DNA of 64,000 nt from Pelomyxa schiedti. Lineage: Eukaryota > Protista > Evosea. The notes beneath the pieces are model-generated. The model saw nothing but the letters and a program-made list of their open reading frames with translations. It did not search any database and had not been told where the DNA came from. Below, one piece after another: positions 13,453-24,601 of this stretch (the stretch's first letter is position 1; the number at the start of each line of letters is the position of its first letter). A program made the position numbers and the translations under genes. The stretch lies in assembly GCA_020536535.1 (NCBI GenBank), contig JAHLWZ010000804.1, forward strand, positions 1-64,000. The letters are read 5' to 3'.

Positions 13453-13671
13453 ATGGCAGGAGACCCAATTTGGCTGGAGGCTCTGTACGCCATCCTCTGG
13501 GCCATTGGAGGTGCAGTGGTGGTATTCTCATTTTTTGGCTGGCGTGCTGGTACTGCATACGTAGTTGGCATGTCGTTACTTGGTGGACTGTGCTGTGTTG
13601 TGTTCCTGCATCTGCAATACAGAGATCGTATCTGGATGCAAAGGCTGGAAGAAGCACATGGAGTAAATTAG
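13453..13671 (+). CDS. Hypothetical membrane protein (two TM helices), possibly the first exon of a longer + strand gene running to ~14830
   Basis: MAGDPIWLEALYAILWAIGGAVVVFSFFGWRAGTAYVVGMSLLGGLCCVVFLHL. An upstream GTTAGT..ATAG intron-like element is present. Downstream splice-like sites could not be assembled reliably. Confidence 0.35.
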   Translation: MAGDPIWLEALYAILWAIGGAVVVFSFFGWRAGTAYVVGMSLLGGLCCVVFLHLQYRDRIWMQRLEEAHGVN

Positions 13672-15045
13672 GGCGGGCGCCCTATCATTTACTGTGTAAA
13701 ACGCCCGTCCCAGGTATCCACTCCTACCGACACCACACTACCTTAGGATTATCCCTCCCAGTAATGAAGTTTAAGAGAGAACCTCTACTCCATAGTATTT
13801 CTACAATGCTACATCATCACTACTTTGCAACAGAGTTGCAAATGACCATGAAACGTGCCGTGCCGACTTGCATGCGAAATGGAGGCACCCCACATCCATA
13901 GATAAGAGGAAGAAATGTACACTCGCTCATCTGCTATTGAGTTTAAAAAATCAAAATCTTTAATGTCTTCTGAAGGTCCATTTTTGACCTCGCGGCACTG
14001 CCAGGTCGTCACCACGTTGAATTAGATGTCATCCGGGAAATGCTACTCTGGGAAGACATCTTGGCGCGAAAAAGGTAAATATCCAAAAAATTACACAGAT
14101 CTTTAATAAAAAAGCCCGGAAGTGTCCTCGGTGACTGGCGGTTACGTTGTTCCGCATAAGACGTTTCTCTACTGGATCTGTGGGTACATCCAAGTGATTA
14201 CACCTGGTGTGGGACTAATATATTTCACTACAGAACAAAGCCAAGACCGGACCAAAGGCAGCAGAAAGAAAGAGACTACAACTAAATTGCAGCAGTAGTG
14301 CCTTGGATTTTGAGTCCATTGCCATTGGGGTTGTTGCCGATTGTATTGGACACGATTCTCTACTGAATTCATCATTCTCGTGATCTCAGGAGGTTCATAC
14401 TCTCTTTTACTACTCCAAGCTAATATTCGCTACAGAATCAAGATTTTGAGTGGAGATTGTTGGATCGGGTTGGACTGGATTTGATTGGGGGATTGGGGGG
14501 GGGGGTGGGCCGGGGAAGCTCGTACGTTGGAGTTGGACTGGCATTGCCAGAGCCCTGCCTCTCAGCCATTTGCCAAGCCTCTCGTGGGAGAGGGCTGGTG
14601 GTGGTCGTTGAGGTTTGGTTTTGGAGGGTTTCACACCTCAGGGAGAGATCTCCCTGTACTTTGGAGTCCTGCTGTGGCGTCCTTCGGGGCCTACAGGGCT
14701 GCCCCAGCCAGCACTCCACCTGTGTGGAGGCAGAAGTAACCAGATGCACTTTGTGGTTTTGTGGTAAAGTGTTACAGTGGACTTATCCGCCCACTGGACG
14801 ATCGTTGCCAAACAAGAGCGGGAGAGAACTATGAGTGAAGAACCGGAGGGTTGGAGGGAGGGCAGAGCTTTGGTTTCGAGAAATAATCAGGAATGGCCTA
14901 ATAAAAGAACTCAAAACCGACAGAAAATAAAAAACGAATAAAAGGACAAAGCACGAAAATCTTTGGAAAATTGGTTTTTCTTGCTGATAAAAAAAAAAGA
15001 AACCAACACCGCTACAGGCGACAGTGACAAAACAAAAAAAAAACT

Positions 15046-16105
15046 ATGTCGACAGCAACACCCGATACTGCCGCAGCAGCACCAGCCACTCCCGGAACAC
15101 CAAAACAAAACCTTTTCCAATGCCCCAAGTGGGTCACACTCGTGCAACCAACTGACGACCCACTGTCTTTGTTCCCACTTGGTTCCTACAAGGTTTGTTG
15201 CTTTTATTTTTTTATTATTATTATTGAATCCCCCTTTGCTGTCGTTCTTTGCTTCTCGCCTCGTAGTTATCACCCGCTCAAGTTCTAGCCTTAGTAGTAG
15301 TTAGATGTTAACTATCACATTAAGCAGTAACTACACAACTCAACTGGTAGTGATGCCTTTACATGACTGATTTTAACAGGGACTAGTTGACGACCAGATT
15401 GACACATGGGAGGTGACATTCAAGGCACGTGACCAGGCCTGGGGACCGTGCAAGAGCAGGGTCGTGCTCCGCATCATGACAACCACGCCCTCAGGAGTCA
15501 TCAACACCGACGCCGACCTGGGCGCGGTGACCCACGAGTGGACCGACTTCCGGTGGGTGTGGGACGCCTCCAAGCTCAAGATCAACCCGGGCGACAAGTT
15601 CGAGTTCATGGGAGTCGTCGGCGGCGGCGGCGGCATGTGCCTGATCGTCAGCGAGTTCAACAGCGTCCTGACCTACGCCGCGACCGGCCGCCGCGTCGAG
15701 ATCGTCGAGGGCCCCACGTCGGTCCACTTCACCACGAGCTCCGACGACGCGATCCCCCTGTGGTCCTACAAGTACAACTGCGAGGCCAACTCGGTGCCCC
15801 GCGTCAAGGCCACGTGGCGCGCAAAGGACCAGGGCTGGGGCAACCTCAAGGGCAAGCTCTACCTGCACGTGACCGAGGCCGGCGTCGCGCGCAACGTCGA
15901 CATGCACCCTGACACCGTCCCCCACGAGTGGACCGACATGACGTTCACGACCCCGGCCGACTTCAGGGTCGCGCCAAACGGCTCCGTGGAGTTCTACTGC
16001 TCTGTTGGTGGAGGAGGCGGCCACGAGCTCTTTGTTGAGAACTTCAGGGCTGAGATCACTGTCCAGGCTCCCCAGGGCCCAGAGATGGCTGCTAGCTCCC
16101 ATTAG
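15046..16105 (+). CDS. Uncharacterised protein with two tandem copies of a DQ(A/G)WG...HEW...VGGGGG domain
   Basis: Copy 1: TFKARDQAWGPCKS..VTHEWTDF..FMGVVGGGGGM. Copy 2: TWRAKDQGWGNLKG..VPHEWTDM..FYCSVGGGGGHELFV. The probable 5' exon starts MSTATPDT at 15046. Confidence 0.75.
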
Positions 16106-16233
16106 AAACAAAAAACCTAAAAAACCCAAATAAAAATAGAAGAGAAAGACCCTTTTGTTGTTTTGAAAAAATTGCATTTCTTTCTTCTGTTTTTGCCTTA
16201 TTTTTAATTCTATTTTTGAATAGTTCTACCTTG

Positions 16234-18188
16234 TTACAGGATACCCACCAGAGCAACACTACAAACACACAAGGCACTCACGAGGATCCCAGCGGCTCGT
16301 GTGCGTGCCGATACTGAAGACGATGATGACTCTTCTATCACCACATCAATGACCTGGAACGAGTCCGGGTCAGTGTACTGTGTCACGTCGCCCTGGTACA
16401 GGTCGCTAGAAGTGTCGTCAACAAGAGTCTCCATTGTCTGAATAAGGATATTTGCAGCTTCCTCAGTGGTGTAGTCCTCCATCTCCGGCACCTCCACAGT
16501 GTATGTGACATCAGTAGTGTCTATTCCGCCCTCGGTATCTATGACCACGGTGATGATTGTGATGCTCTCGGGTGGAACGTCCAAGCTGGCTGCAATGTCT
16601 GCAATAAAGAGATCATTGAAATCACTGGTCATCTCGTCAGCTGCGTGGAGAGAGTGGGAGGTGTGTTAACGTGAAGGGGAGGAAAGGGATGGGTGGTCTA
16701 CTTGGCACGAGAAGAGTCAGCCCCATTTCGACATAAGACTTCTCTGGGAAGTTTCCAGATGACTCGTAGGATTCTGATTCTGACTCTGATTCCGATTCCG
16801 AGACTGAACTAGATACTGAGCGAGACAGCGAAGTTGAAGTGGACCGAGACAATGAGTCTGAGTGAGATAGGGACCGGGAAGTGGAGCGCGAAATGGAGCT
16901 AGACAATGAGGCCGAGTCCGAGAGTGAATGTGAAGAAGATAACGAGACGGATGTTGATACCGACTCAGAGTTTGAGAGTGAGTTAGATGTAGAGTGCGAA
17001 ACAGACGTTGATGAGGAGTCTGAACTTGAGAGTGATTTAGATGACGATAGAGAGTCAGAACTTGACAGCGATTTAGATGTGGATGTGGAGAGTGAGCTTG
17101 AGTGTGAAGAGGATAATGAGTTAGAACTAGAGTCGGACTGTGATGAGGATACTGATGAAGAAGCGGAGGTGGAACTGGACTCCGAGCTTGAGATTGATGA
17201 AGAAATGGAAATAGAACTAGATTCTGAGCTTGAGATTGATGATGAAATCGAAGTAGAACTGGACTCCGAGCTTGAGATTGAGATCGACGAAGAAGTCGAG
17301 GTAGAACTGGAGCTAGAGAGTAACCCAACAGGAATTGCCAAGCACTTTCCACTCACAGCACTGTCAAGGCTAGAAAGTGTTCCAGAGGATATGAGAACAA
17401 ATTGAACGTTCGAACCTACTGTAAAGAATCTGAACTGGTCAAAAATCTGAAGAAAGAAAAAAAGAACTTACAAAGCGTCGGGGTTCATTGGGTCTCCAGC
17501 CATGCCAGACACTGTTCCAAGAGCTAGTCCAGACCACAACGTGGAGACTGTGCATGACGGCACAGTAATTTTGACAATTGTTTTTGATGTTTCTATCCAC
17601 CCATAAAACTCTCCTGCAATGTAGCTGGCAGCTATTTTGTCAATGACTTGGGTAGTTGAGCACACAACAGTCGGGGCAGCAGTGGAAGTATCGAGTGTGA
17701 ACATGGTTTTAGTTTCCAGAGAATACATGTACAACTTGGAGGCCATCCAGCTCCAAGCAATGGAAGCCAGTTCGGTGGTAGCTACAGTTGTGGATCCAAT
17801 GTCGGTGTCCACACAAGTTCCCAGAGTATACTTATGCAAGTGATATCTGAGTCCAAAAACTGTCAAATGGGGGGGAGACAGGGAAAAAAAAAAGAAACAT
17901 TGGCTCTTACAGCGAGTCGCCTCCGTGTGGATTCACAGCATACACCCCAGATGAACCAGGGGCCGAAGTGCACGAATCTGGTACCGTAACAGACACCTCC
18001 GAGCACGCCGTCGTCCACGTGGTGCCCTGGTCGATGGGGAAAGTAACCAGATCTGGGTTCGTGGTGACAACGACTGCGGACGACGAGTACAACGACCCCA
18101 TTGCAGTCCCTGACAGCAGCACCACAGCCACAACTACTACACAAACAACCGCCGCTCGTACGTGTACAACAGCATCTCGTGCTTGCAT
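16234..18188 (-). CDS. Cell-surface protein: signal peptide, beta-propeller-like repeats, Ser-rich stalk, membrane-proximal domain, C-terminal hydrophobic anchor
   Basis: Hydrophobic N-terminus AAVVCVVVVAVVLLSGTAMG; Ser-rich repeat region; FIADIAASLDVPPESITI; C-terminus AAGILVSALCVCSVALVGIL*. Confidence 0.75.
16790..17320. repeat. Degenerate coding tandem repeats (~36 nt units, e.g. gaactggactccgagcttgagattga) encoding the Ser-rich stalk
   Basis: Near-identical units are visible at 17170-17310 and translate SSSISSSESSS(T/I) on the minus strand. Confidence 0.8.
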
Positions 18189-18420
18189 TTTTATTCTTTT
18201 GTTTGTGTGTGGTTGCGTTTCTTCTGGGGTTTTCAAAGCTGCACACAAGAAAAACGGCAAAACGTCCTGTTGGGTCGCTGGACAAATTTGGAAAGTGACG
18301 ATAGCGGAATGAACCTTTCGGTTTGTTTTTAAGGGGTTTTCTTCTTTTACAACAGAATAAAATGAACAAAACTTCAATAGGCAAGGAGTCAAGACAATAA
18401 TAATTGATTCTTGTAAGTGT

Positions 18421-19467
18421 TTAGAGGTCGTCTTCTGCGCTCGGGTGTTTTCCGGGGCCCTCCCTCTTCTTATCTTGTGATTCGGTCCTGTTACAAGGAA
18501 TGAGTGGGTAACTTCAGTACAATCAGTTTACCAAGTCTTGGCAATCATTCTTTTCATTTCATCATCACCGTCGTCGTACAAGCTGTTCGACTGTTAAGAA
18601 GGGATAAGAGAAATTATGAAGTCGTACTTCTTCATCATTTCCATCAAGCCCTTTGAGGGATCCTTGTCTTCCATCTTTGGGACCTTTGGCTGTGACTTGT
18701 TAGTTTTCTCTTGGAGGAAATTGTTCACAGCACACCTTCCTCTCCTCCTTCCATTCAAGTGATGACCAGAAAGCTTGCTCTTGCATGCGCATTTTCACAA
18801 CGAGACGGCTAGAGGTAACACTGAACGTGGAAGACGTGGGATTGATTGGTTTGTTCAGCTTGCGAATAGATAGTCTCAGATTTTCCCCGCGGAACTCCAT
18901 GATAGTCACGCACATAGAACTTGTCTCAAACTGTACGCCGATTTTGTCTCTCGGGTGGGCTCCAATCCCAGGCAGAGGTATGTAAATCCTACAGTTGTTC
19001 GTTAGTTGTTTGAAGTTAGAAGCAATATAACACAAAGTCACGCCACAACAAAACAGGTCAAAATAAATAAATCAATCAATAAATAAATAAAGCCCTGTAT
19101 CACAATTTGCCGGCCACATTTTCACTCACGTTACAACACCAGAAGACTGGTCCCAAGCGAAATTCGATATTGCCTTATACATCACCTCGTGCGTTGCGGG
19201 CTTCACAGCGAGCAACACCGGGGCCGGAACAGCGGCAGCAGAGGCGGTCGACGTCGTCGCAGCGGGAGGAGTCACTGTAGATGCCGTAGGCGCCGCAGTT
19301 GCATCTACTGCGGCGGGCGTAGTAGATTCAGTTGCCGGTGTTGCGGGCGCGTCGGCCTTGGGAACGAGTGCCGAAAGTCGGTCGATCTCGGCATTGATGA
19401 ACTGAACGACGTGGGGGCGTGTGGCCTGCGACACAAGACTACGTAGTTCCGCAATGTCCTGCTCCAT
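18421..19467 (-). CDS. CACYBP: Calcyclin-binding protein / Siah-interacting protein (CS + SGS domains); multi-exon
   Basis: MEQDIAELRSLVSQATRPHVVQFI; YKAISNFAWDQS (CS domain); KDPSKGLMEMMK..YDDGDDEMKRMIAKTW (SGS domain). Confidence 0.9.
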
Positions 19468-19655
19468 TCGATGGATGATCTTGGTATTAAATAGTAGATT
19501 ATGTTGTAATTTTTTTTTTCCTTTGTTCTCTTCATCACGATGCACAAAAAAAGAAGGAAAAAATAAGGCAAGCTATTCGGGAGACAAGTCGCCTAGAAGT
19601 GGGGGAATTTTTGCCCAAGTTTCCGGCACCAAGTTGTTGCTGTTGCAGACAGAGA

Positions 19656-20595
19656 ATGGGGTTGTTGTCGTTAATACGCAAGTTGCAAAGGCAGGAGAAG
19701 AACATACGACTACTTGTTTTGTGTGAAAGCTTCTTGGCTGTTATTTTGTTGATAACACCAACCAACACAGAGGTTTGGACAATGCTGGAAAAACCACTGT
19801 GATGAGGAGAGTTAGTGGTGAGGACATACTGCAAGTACAACCTACAAAAGGATTTAACATTGATTCGGTTACTTATAAGGAGTAAGGATGAAACTCTTTC
19901 TTACTTTTGAATTACATTCGGGGCAACTTACCACCTAATTGTAGGTTCACACTACATTTTTTTGATATTGGAGGGCAAGCGTCCCTTAGACCCTTCTGGA
20001 GAAATTAGTTTGTAATCTCCTCCCTTTACTTTCGTATAACCCTCTTTTTCTTTTACTTCCAGTGTGAGCTCCACTTAATCTATGATTACTTCTTTGTCTG
20101 ATCTTTTTTGTGTGAACCATAAGTTCGAGAAGAATGACGGTGTGATTTGGGTTGTGGACGCAGCAGATGATTGTAGACTTCAACAAACTGAAACAGAACT
20201 ACGTGAGCCTCTACCTTCTTCTTACACCTTACTCACCTTGCCAAAAAAAAAAAAAAAAACAGTATCATTGTTGATTACAGAAAAACTTGCCGGAGCATCA
20301 CTACTTGTATTCATTAACAAAATCGGTTTGTACCCCACCCACTACCTTTGCTCCACAAACCCACTGACCAAATTCCACTAACCACATTTTACATCACACA
20401 GACTTGCTCCCAGCTGACCAGCAGAACCAGTGCCCAGCACTCCGGCACATGCAGGAGGTTGTTGCCCGTGCTTCGGCTGATGGAACCAGACACTGCAGGA
20501 TACAGCTGTGCAGTGCTGTCACAGGCTCAGGCCTATTGGATGGCCTCGACTGGTTGGTGTCTGACATTGCCTCCCGTATTTTCTTGGACTTGTGA
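19656..20595 (+). CDS. ARL2: ADP-ribosylation factor-like GTPase 2; multi-exon
   Basis: [22 protein letters not shown]|GLDNAGKTT; [22 protein letters not shown]; [14 protein letters not shown]; [25 protein letters not shown]. Confidence 0.88.
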
Positions 20596-20691
20596 TTGTG
20601 GTGTGGGTTACATAGTGGAATCCAACTAACAAAAACAAAGGAAGAAAAGGATTTGTTTGGCTTTTAACAAAACAAGTGTTCCCTTTTCCCT

Positions 20692-22400
20692 CTAGTCTCT
20701 TTTTTTGTTGTTATTGCGTGCCAACAACATTAGTACGCCTCCAAATAAGGCAGTGCCGGTTGCTATGCAAATACAAGGAAATTGTAGAGTCCAAAACATG
20801 GATTCCCCACCATAGGCCTCTCTGGCATACATTACAACTTGAAGGGGAATGCCAAGCACAATGCCTTGCCAGAAAACCTTATTTCCAATGGTAAATTACA
20901 TCTCCGGGATGGAAAAGACAACACACAAAGTTTCCTAGCTTGGTGTCTCTAAGTCCTTCACCAAAAATATAGAGTGGCATTTGCAACATCATAAGCTATT
21001 GTACATTAAAAAGGATGTGAGTGTTGACAGTACATACAGTGAGAAAGTACAGTCTCACTATTCTGAAAGTGACGATGAAAAACAGTTCGTGTGCAATAGC
21101 AGATACGAAGAAAGTACACAGCCCTGCTGTGATTTTGGAGGTGGACCAGTTCTTTTGAATCTTAGAAGAGCATTAGATAGAAAAATTTCGCAGAAAGGAG
21201 GAAACCTCGATGTAAACATATTTCATGAGCCACTCGTGCACAGGCCTGTTCCACTTGCGATTGTACTCAGAAACTGTAGTACTATTCCACCAGTCGAGGT
21301 AGAACTGCCGTGGTTGAAATCTAGATATTTCAGCAAAGCCTGTCAATATAATTAGAAAAATTGTTTTAGGAATGCAACCAAACCAGATAATATAGTGTCG
21401 AACACCAGAAACCATATTAATAAATATCCAATAAGGAACGGAAGAAGCAACTTGATTACACTTTCCACTGCAGGTGTAGCCGTTGCCTGCTCAAGAACAG
21501 GGGCAATGACCTCTGTACATAGGAAATACAGTACCTTTGTGAATCTTATGTGAAAGAGACTAAACTGAAAGAGGGGCAAACTGTCATGGCTCCGATGCAC
21601 AGGAATATTTGCTGGATAAAATACCGCCAATCAATGCGATCAGTTCTCGGGTAAGATGGTTGGTAGATGAGGGTTGGAAAAAGCAAGAATTCAAAGTACT
21701 GCCAGAAAGTGGGAGGTGATGGAGTCGGAACAGTATGTCTGTGATAGTGCACAAAGGAGTGCATTTTGAGAGAAAGCACTAACATTTCCACGAAACCAGC
21801 AGTACGAGGAGTGAGTGCCAGATGCCAGGATAGGCATATGTACACCGTGCTGTGAGAGGTTTGTCATTCAACAACACAATGAAAGCAAAGGGCTACCTCC
21901 CAAACAGAAGCCCCAAATGGCAGTAGTGGATTAATCCTGACCAAAACTTGGGTAATTGGTGAATGTGAAAAACTGCTATCAAAGCCCATGCAGTAAATGA
22001 CAATAAAACCTCCACTAACAAAAACCAGCACACCTATCAAAGGATTAGTCTTGTTATATGACATTCTTCAAACAAGAGCTGAAACACTCACCAGAATAAG
22101 AAAATCAACAGACAAAAAGCCTGACACGAGAAGTCTCGTGTCAATCAATCTGCTCCCAGCAAAGTAATTGAGACTGAGAGTAGTGATCACGTAGTCTAGC
22201 CCCGCCACGAAAAGCAGAGTCCTCACACCGTCGACATTATTCTTCGGCTTCTTCCCGTCAGATCTACCACTATCATTCCCACTCGTAGGTGTTGCATTTA
22301 CGATCGTGCGGCTAGACTGCTTTTTTGTCTGTTTCTTTTTTTTTTTTGCAAGAGTGAGCTTTGTTGTTCGACAATGGCAATTGGCTCCTTTCCACACCAT
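20692..22400 (-). CDS. MBOAT acyltransferase, DGAT1/sterol O-acyltransferase (ACAT) family; start approximate
   Basis: [19 protein letters not shown]; [32 protein letters not shown]; [20 protein letters not shown]. Confidence 0.88.
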
Positions 22401-22805
22401 TCAGACTGGGCTATATGTACACGTTAAGGGTAAAACAACAACACAGCGTGGGTTATTTATTTGTTTTTTTTTTCGCCTTCGATCTTTTAATTATGCATGT
22501 GAGGCTAAATTTACTGTAAGGTAGGTTATCCTATGTACCTTTCCTGCGTTGACTTTCCTTTTGTCGGAGTGTGTGAGAAGATCTTTCTTTCGAGATGGCA
22601 GATTTTCGTTGATTTTCTTCCCCGGTCTGGCACTACACAAACCACAGGCCGCACCAATCACAAGTGCCTACCAACAAACAGTCACCCTATCACCAGCCCA
22701 ACAACAAACCAACTTTCTTGTTGTTGCCCCCCAACCACTCTGCGAATTCCCCATCATTTCACAAGTCGCAGATGAGAACGCCCTTTTTCCAAGTCGGACA
22801 AAGCC

Positions 22806-24500
22806 ATGTCAACCGCCACGGCGAACCAGGGCGGTGGTGCCTTTGACCGGACCAAGGTGCACGTCACCGCCGCGCTTGTGGGACACGTGGACTGCGGCAA
22901 GACGACGCTGATGGGGCACGTCCTGTACAAGCGCGACGGGCTGCCCAAGCGGACGAAGGAGAGGATCGCGGAGGAGGAGCGGCTGTCGGGGCTGGCGGCG
23001 CGCTTCGGGTCGTGGGTGACGAGGCTGAGCGTGGAGAGGGAGCGGGGGATCACGGTCGACGTGGGGCAGTGGAGGATATCGACCCAGAGGTACGAGTGGA
23101 CGCTGCTGGACACCCCTGGCCACAGGGACTTCATCAAGAACACGATTGGGGGACTCTCCAGGGTGTGTGTTTGGAGTTTGGGGGTGTTTTTTTGTTTTTG
23201 GTTTTGTTTCTGGGTTTCTATTTTTAGGTTTTTTTTTTTTTCCTTCAATTCTGTAATTTGTGTATTGGTGACAAACCAAAGGCTGATGTGGGAGTAGTTG
23301 TGGTTGCTGCACCTCTTGGGGAATTTGAAGCAGGTATGTGCAGGAATGGGCAGACGAGAGAACATATTCTCCTTTGCTTCACTATGGGTGTGAAACAGCT
23401 TATTGTGGTTGTAAACAAGATGGATGACCGTACTGTCAAATGGAGCGAATCCCGTTTCAATGAAATCAAAGACGAAGTTAGCATTATTTTATCCAAGGTA
23501 TTTTTACTCTCCACCTTTATATGACAGCATTTAATTACTTCACAGACTGGGTTCAATGCTCAGAAAATTCCTTTTATCCCTCTTTCTGCGTGGCAGGGTG
23601 ACAATGTTATTGAGCGTTCTTCTAGAATGCCTTGGTATCACGGACCAACATTTTTTGACGCCCTTGATGTTGTAGAACCTCCCAAGAGACCTGTTGAGAA
23701 GCCCCTTCGTATCCCACTGAGTGATGTGTATTTCATTGGCGGCGTAGGAACTGTCGCAGTGGGAAAAGTGGAATCTGGCATTCTGAGGCCTTCTATGGTC
23801 ATTACTTTTGCCCCCGCCAACATTACCACTGAAGTGAAATCTATTGAAATGCATCATACCGTTTTAACTGAAGCCAAGCCAGGCGATTATGTAGGATTTA
23901 ACGTGAAGAATGTGATGGTAGATGATTTGGAGAGAGGATTCGTTGCTGGAGATGCAAAGAACAATCCCCCAAGCCCGATCGAGAGCTTTGTTGCCACGGT
24001 ACCCTTCGAGACTCCTTCTAGGCACCTAACTTGTTGCGTAGATAATTGTGCTTAATCACCCAGGGCAAATTCGGCAAGGCTATACCCCAGTGTTCGACTT
24101 CCACACAGCACACGTTTCTTGTTGCTTTGCCGAGATACGGAGCAAAGTGGATCGCCGCACCGGCAAGGAAATAGAGGCCAACCCAACCTCGCTAAGGACA
24201 GGAGACGCGGCCGTGGTGCTTGTGGTTCCCACCAAGCCGCTCTGTGTGGAAGTATTCTCCGAATTCCCCCAGCTTGGAAGATTTTCGGTACGGGACATAC
24301 GCCAGACCATTGCCGTGGGTATTGTGAAGTCCAAGACTGTTGGCAATTCTGTTGCAAAATGGAACATGATTCAAAGAAAAGCTGTGGAGGCTGAACAAGC
24401 CCAAAAGCGGAAATTGGCTCCACCAAAAAAAACCCCTCCAGCAGCACCCCCAAAAGGCAAGAATACAACAAAAGCACACCCAAAGAAAGGAAGCTCTTGA
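22806..24500 (+). CDS. Divergent elongation factor 1-alpha paralog; three introns
   Basis: [37 protein letters not shown]; [26 protein letters not shown]; [20 protein letters not shown]; [16 protein letters not shown]. Confidence 0.9.
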
Positions 24501-24601
24501 ACCAAGCTGTTCTCCCCACATTGTCCTGTTGTTGTACTGTGTTATGTGGCCTTTGGGATAAAGAAGAAATAAATAAAATTAAGCTTGTTTCCTCGTTTAA
24601 T

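Noticed and set aside
13690-14900. Short ORFs on both strands between the B-box gene and 15046
   Set aside because: Splice-like signals suggest a + strand gene, but I could not assemble a consistent frame or recognise any domain, so no call is made.
17150-17310. Regularly spaced repeats resembling a CRISPR array
   Set aside because: Units are contiguous, degenerate and coding, with no unique spacers and no cas genes in this eukaryotic context.
16881-17405. 174-aa Glu/Asp-rich ORF on the + strand
   Set aside because: It is the antisense shadow of the Ser-rich repeat stalk of the minus-strand surface protein, which has a signal peptide and anchor.
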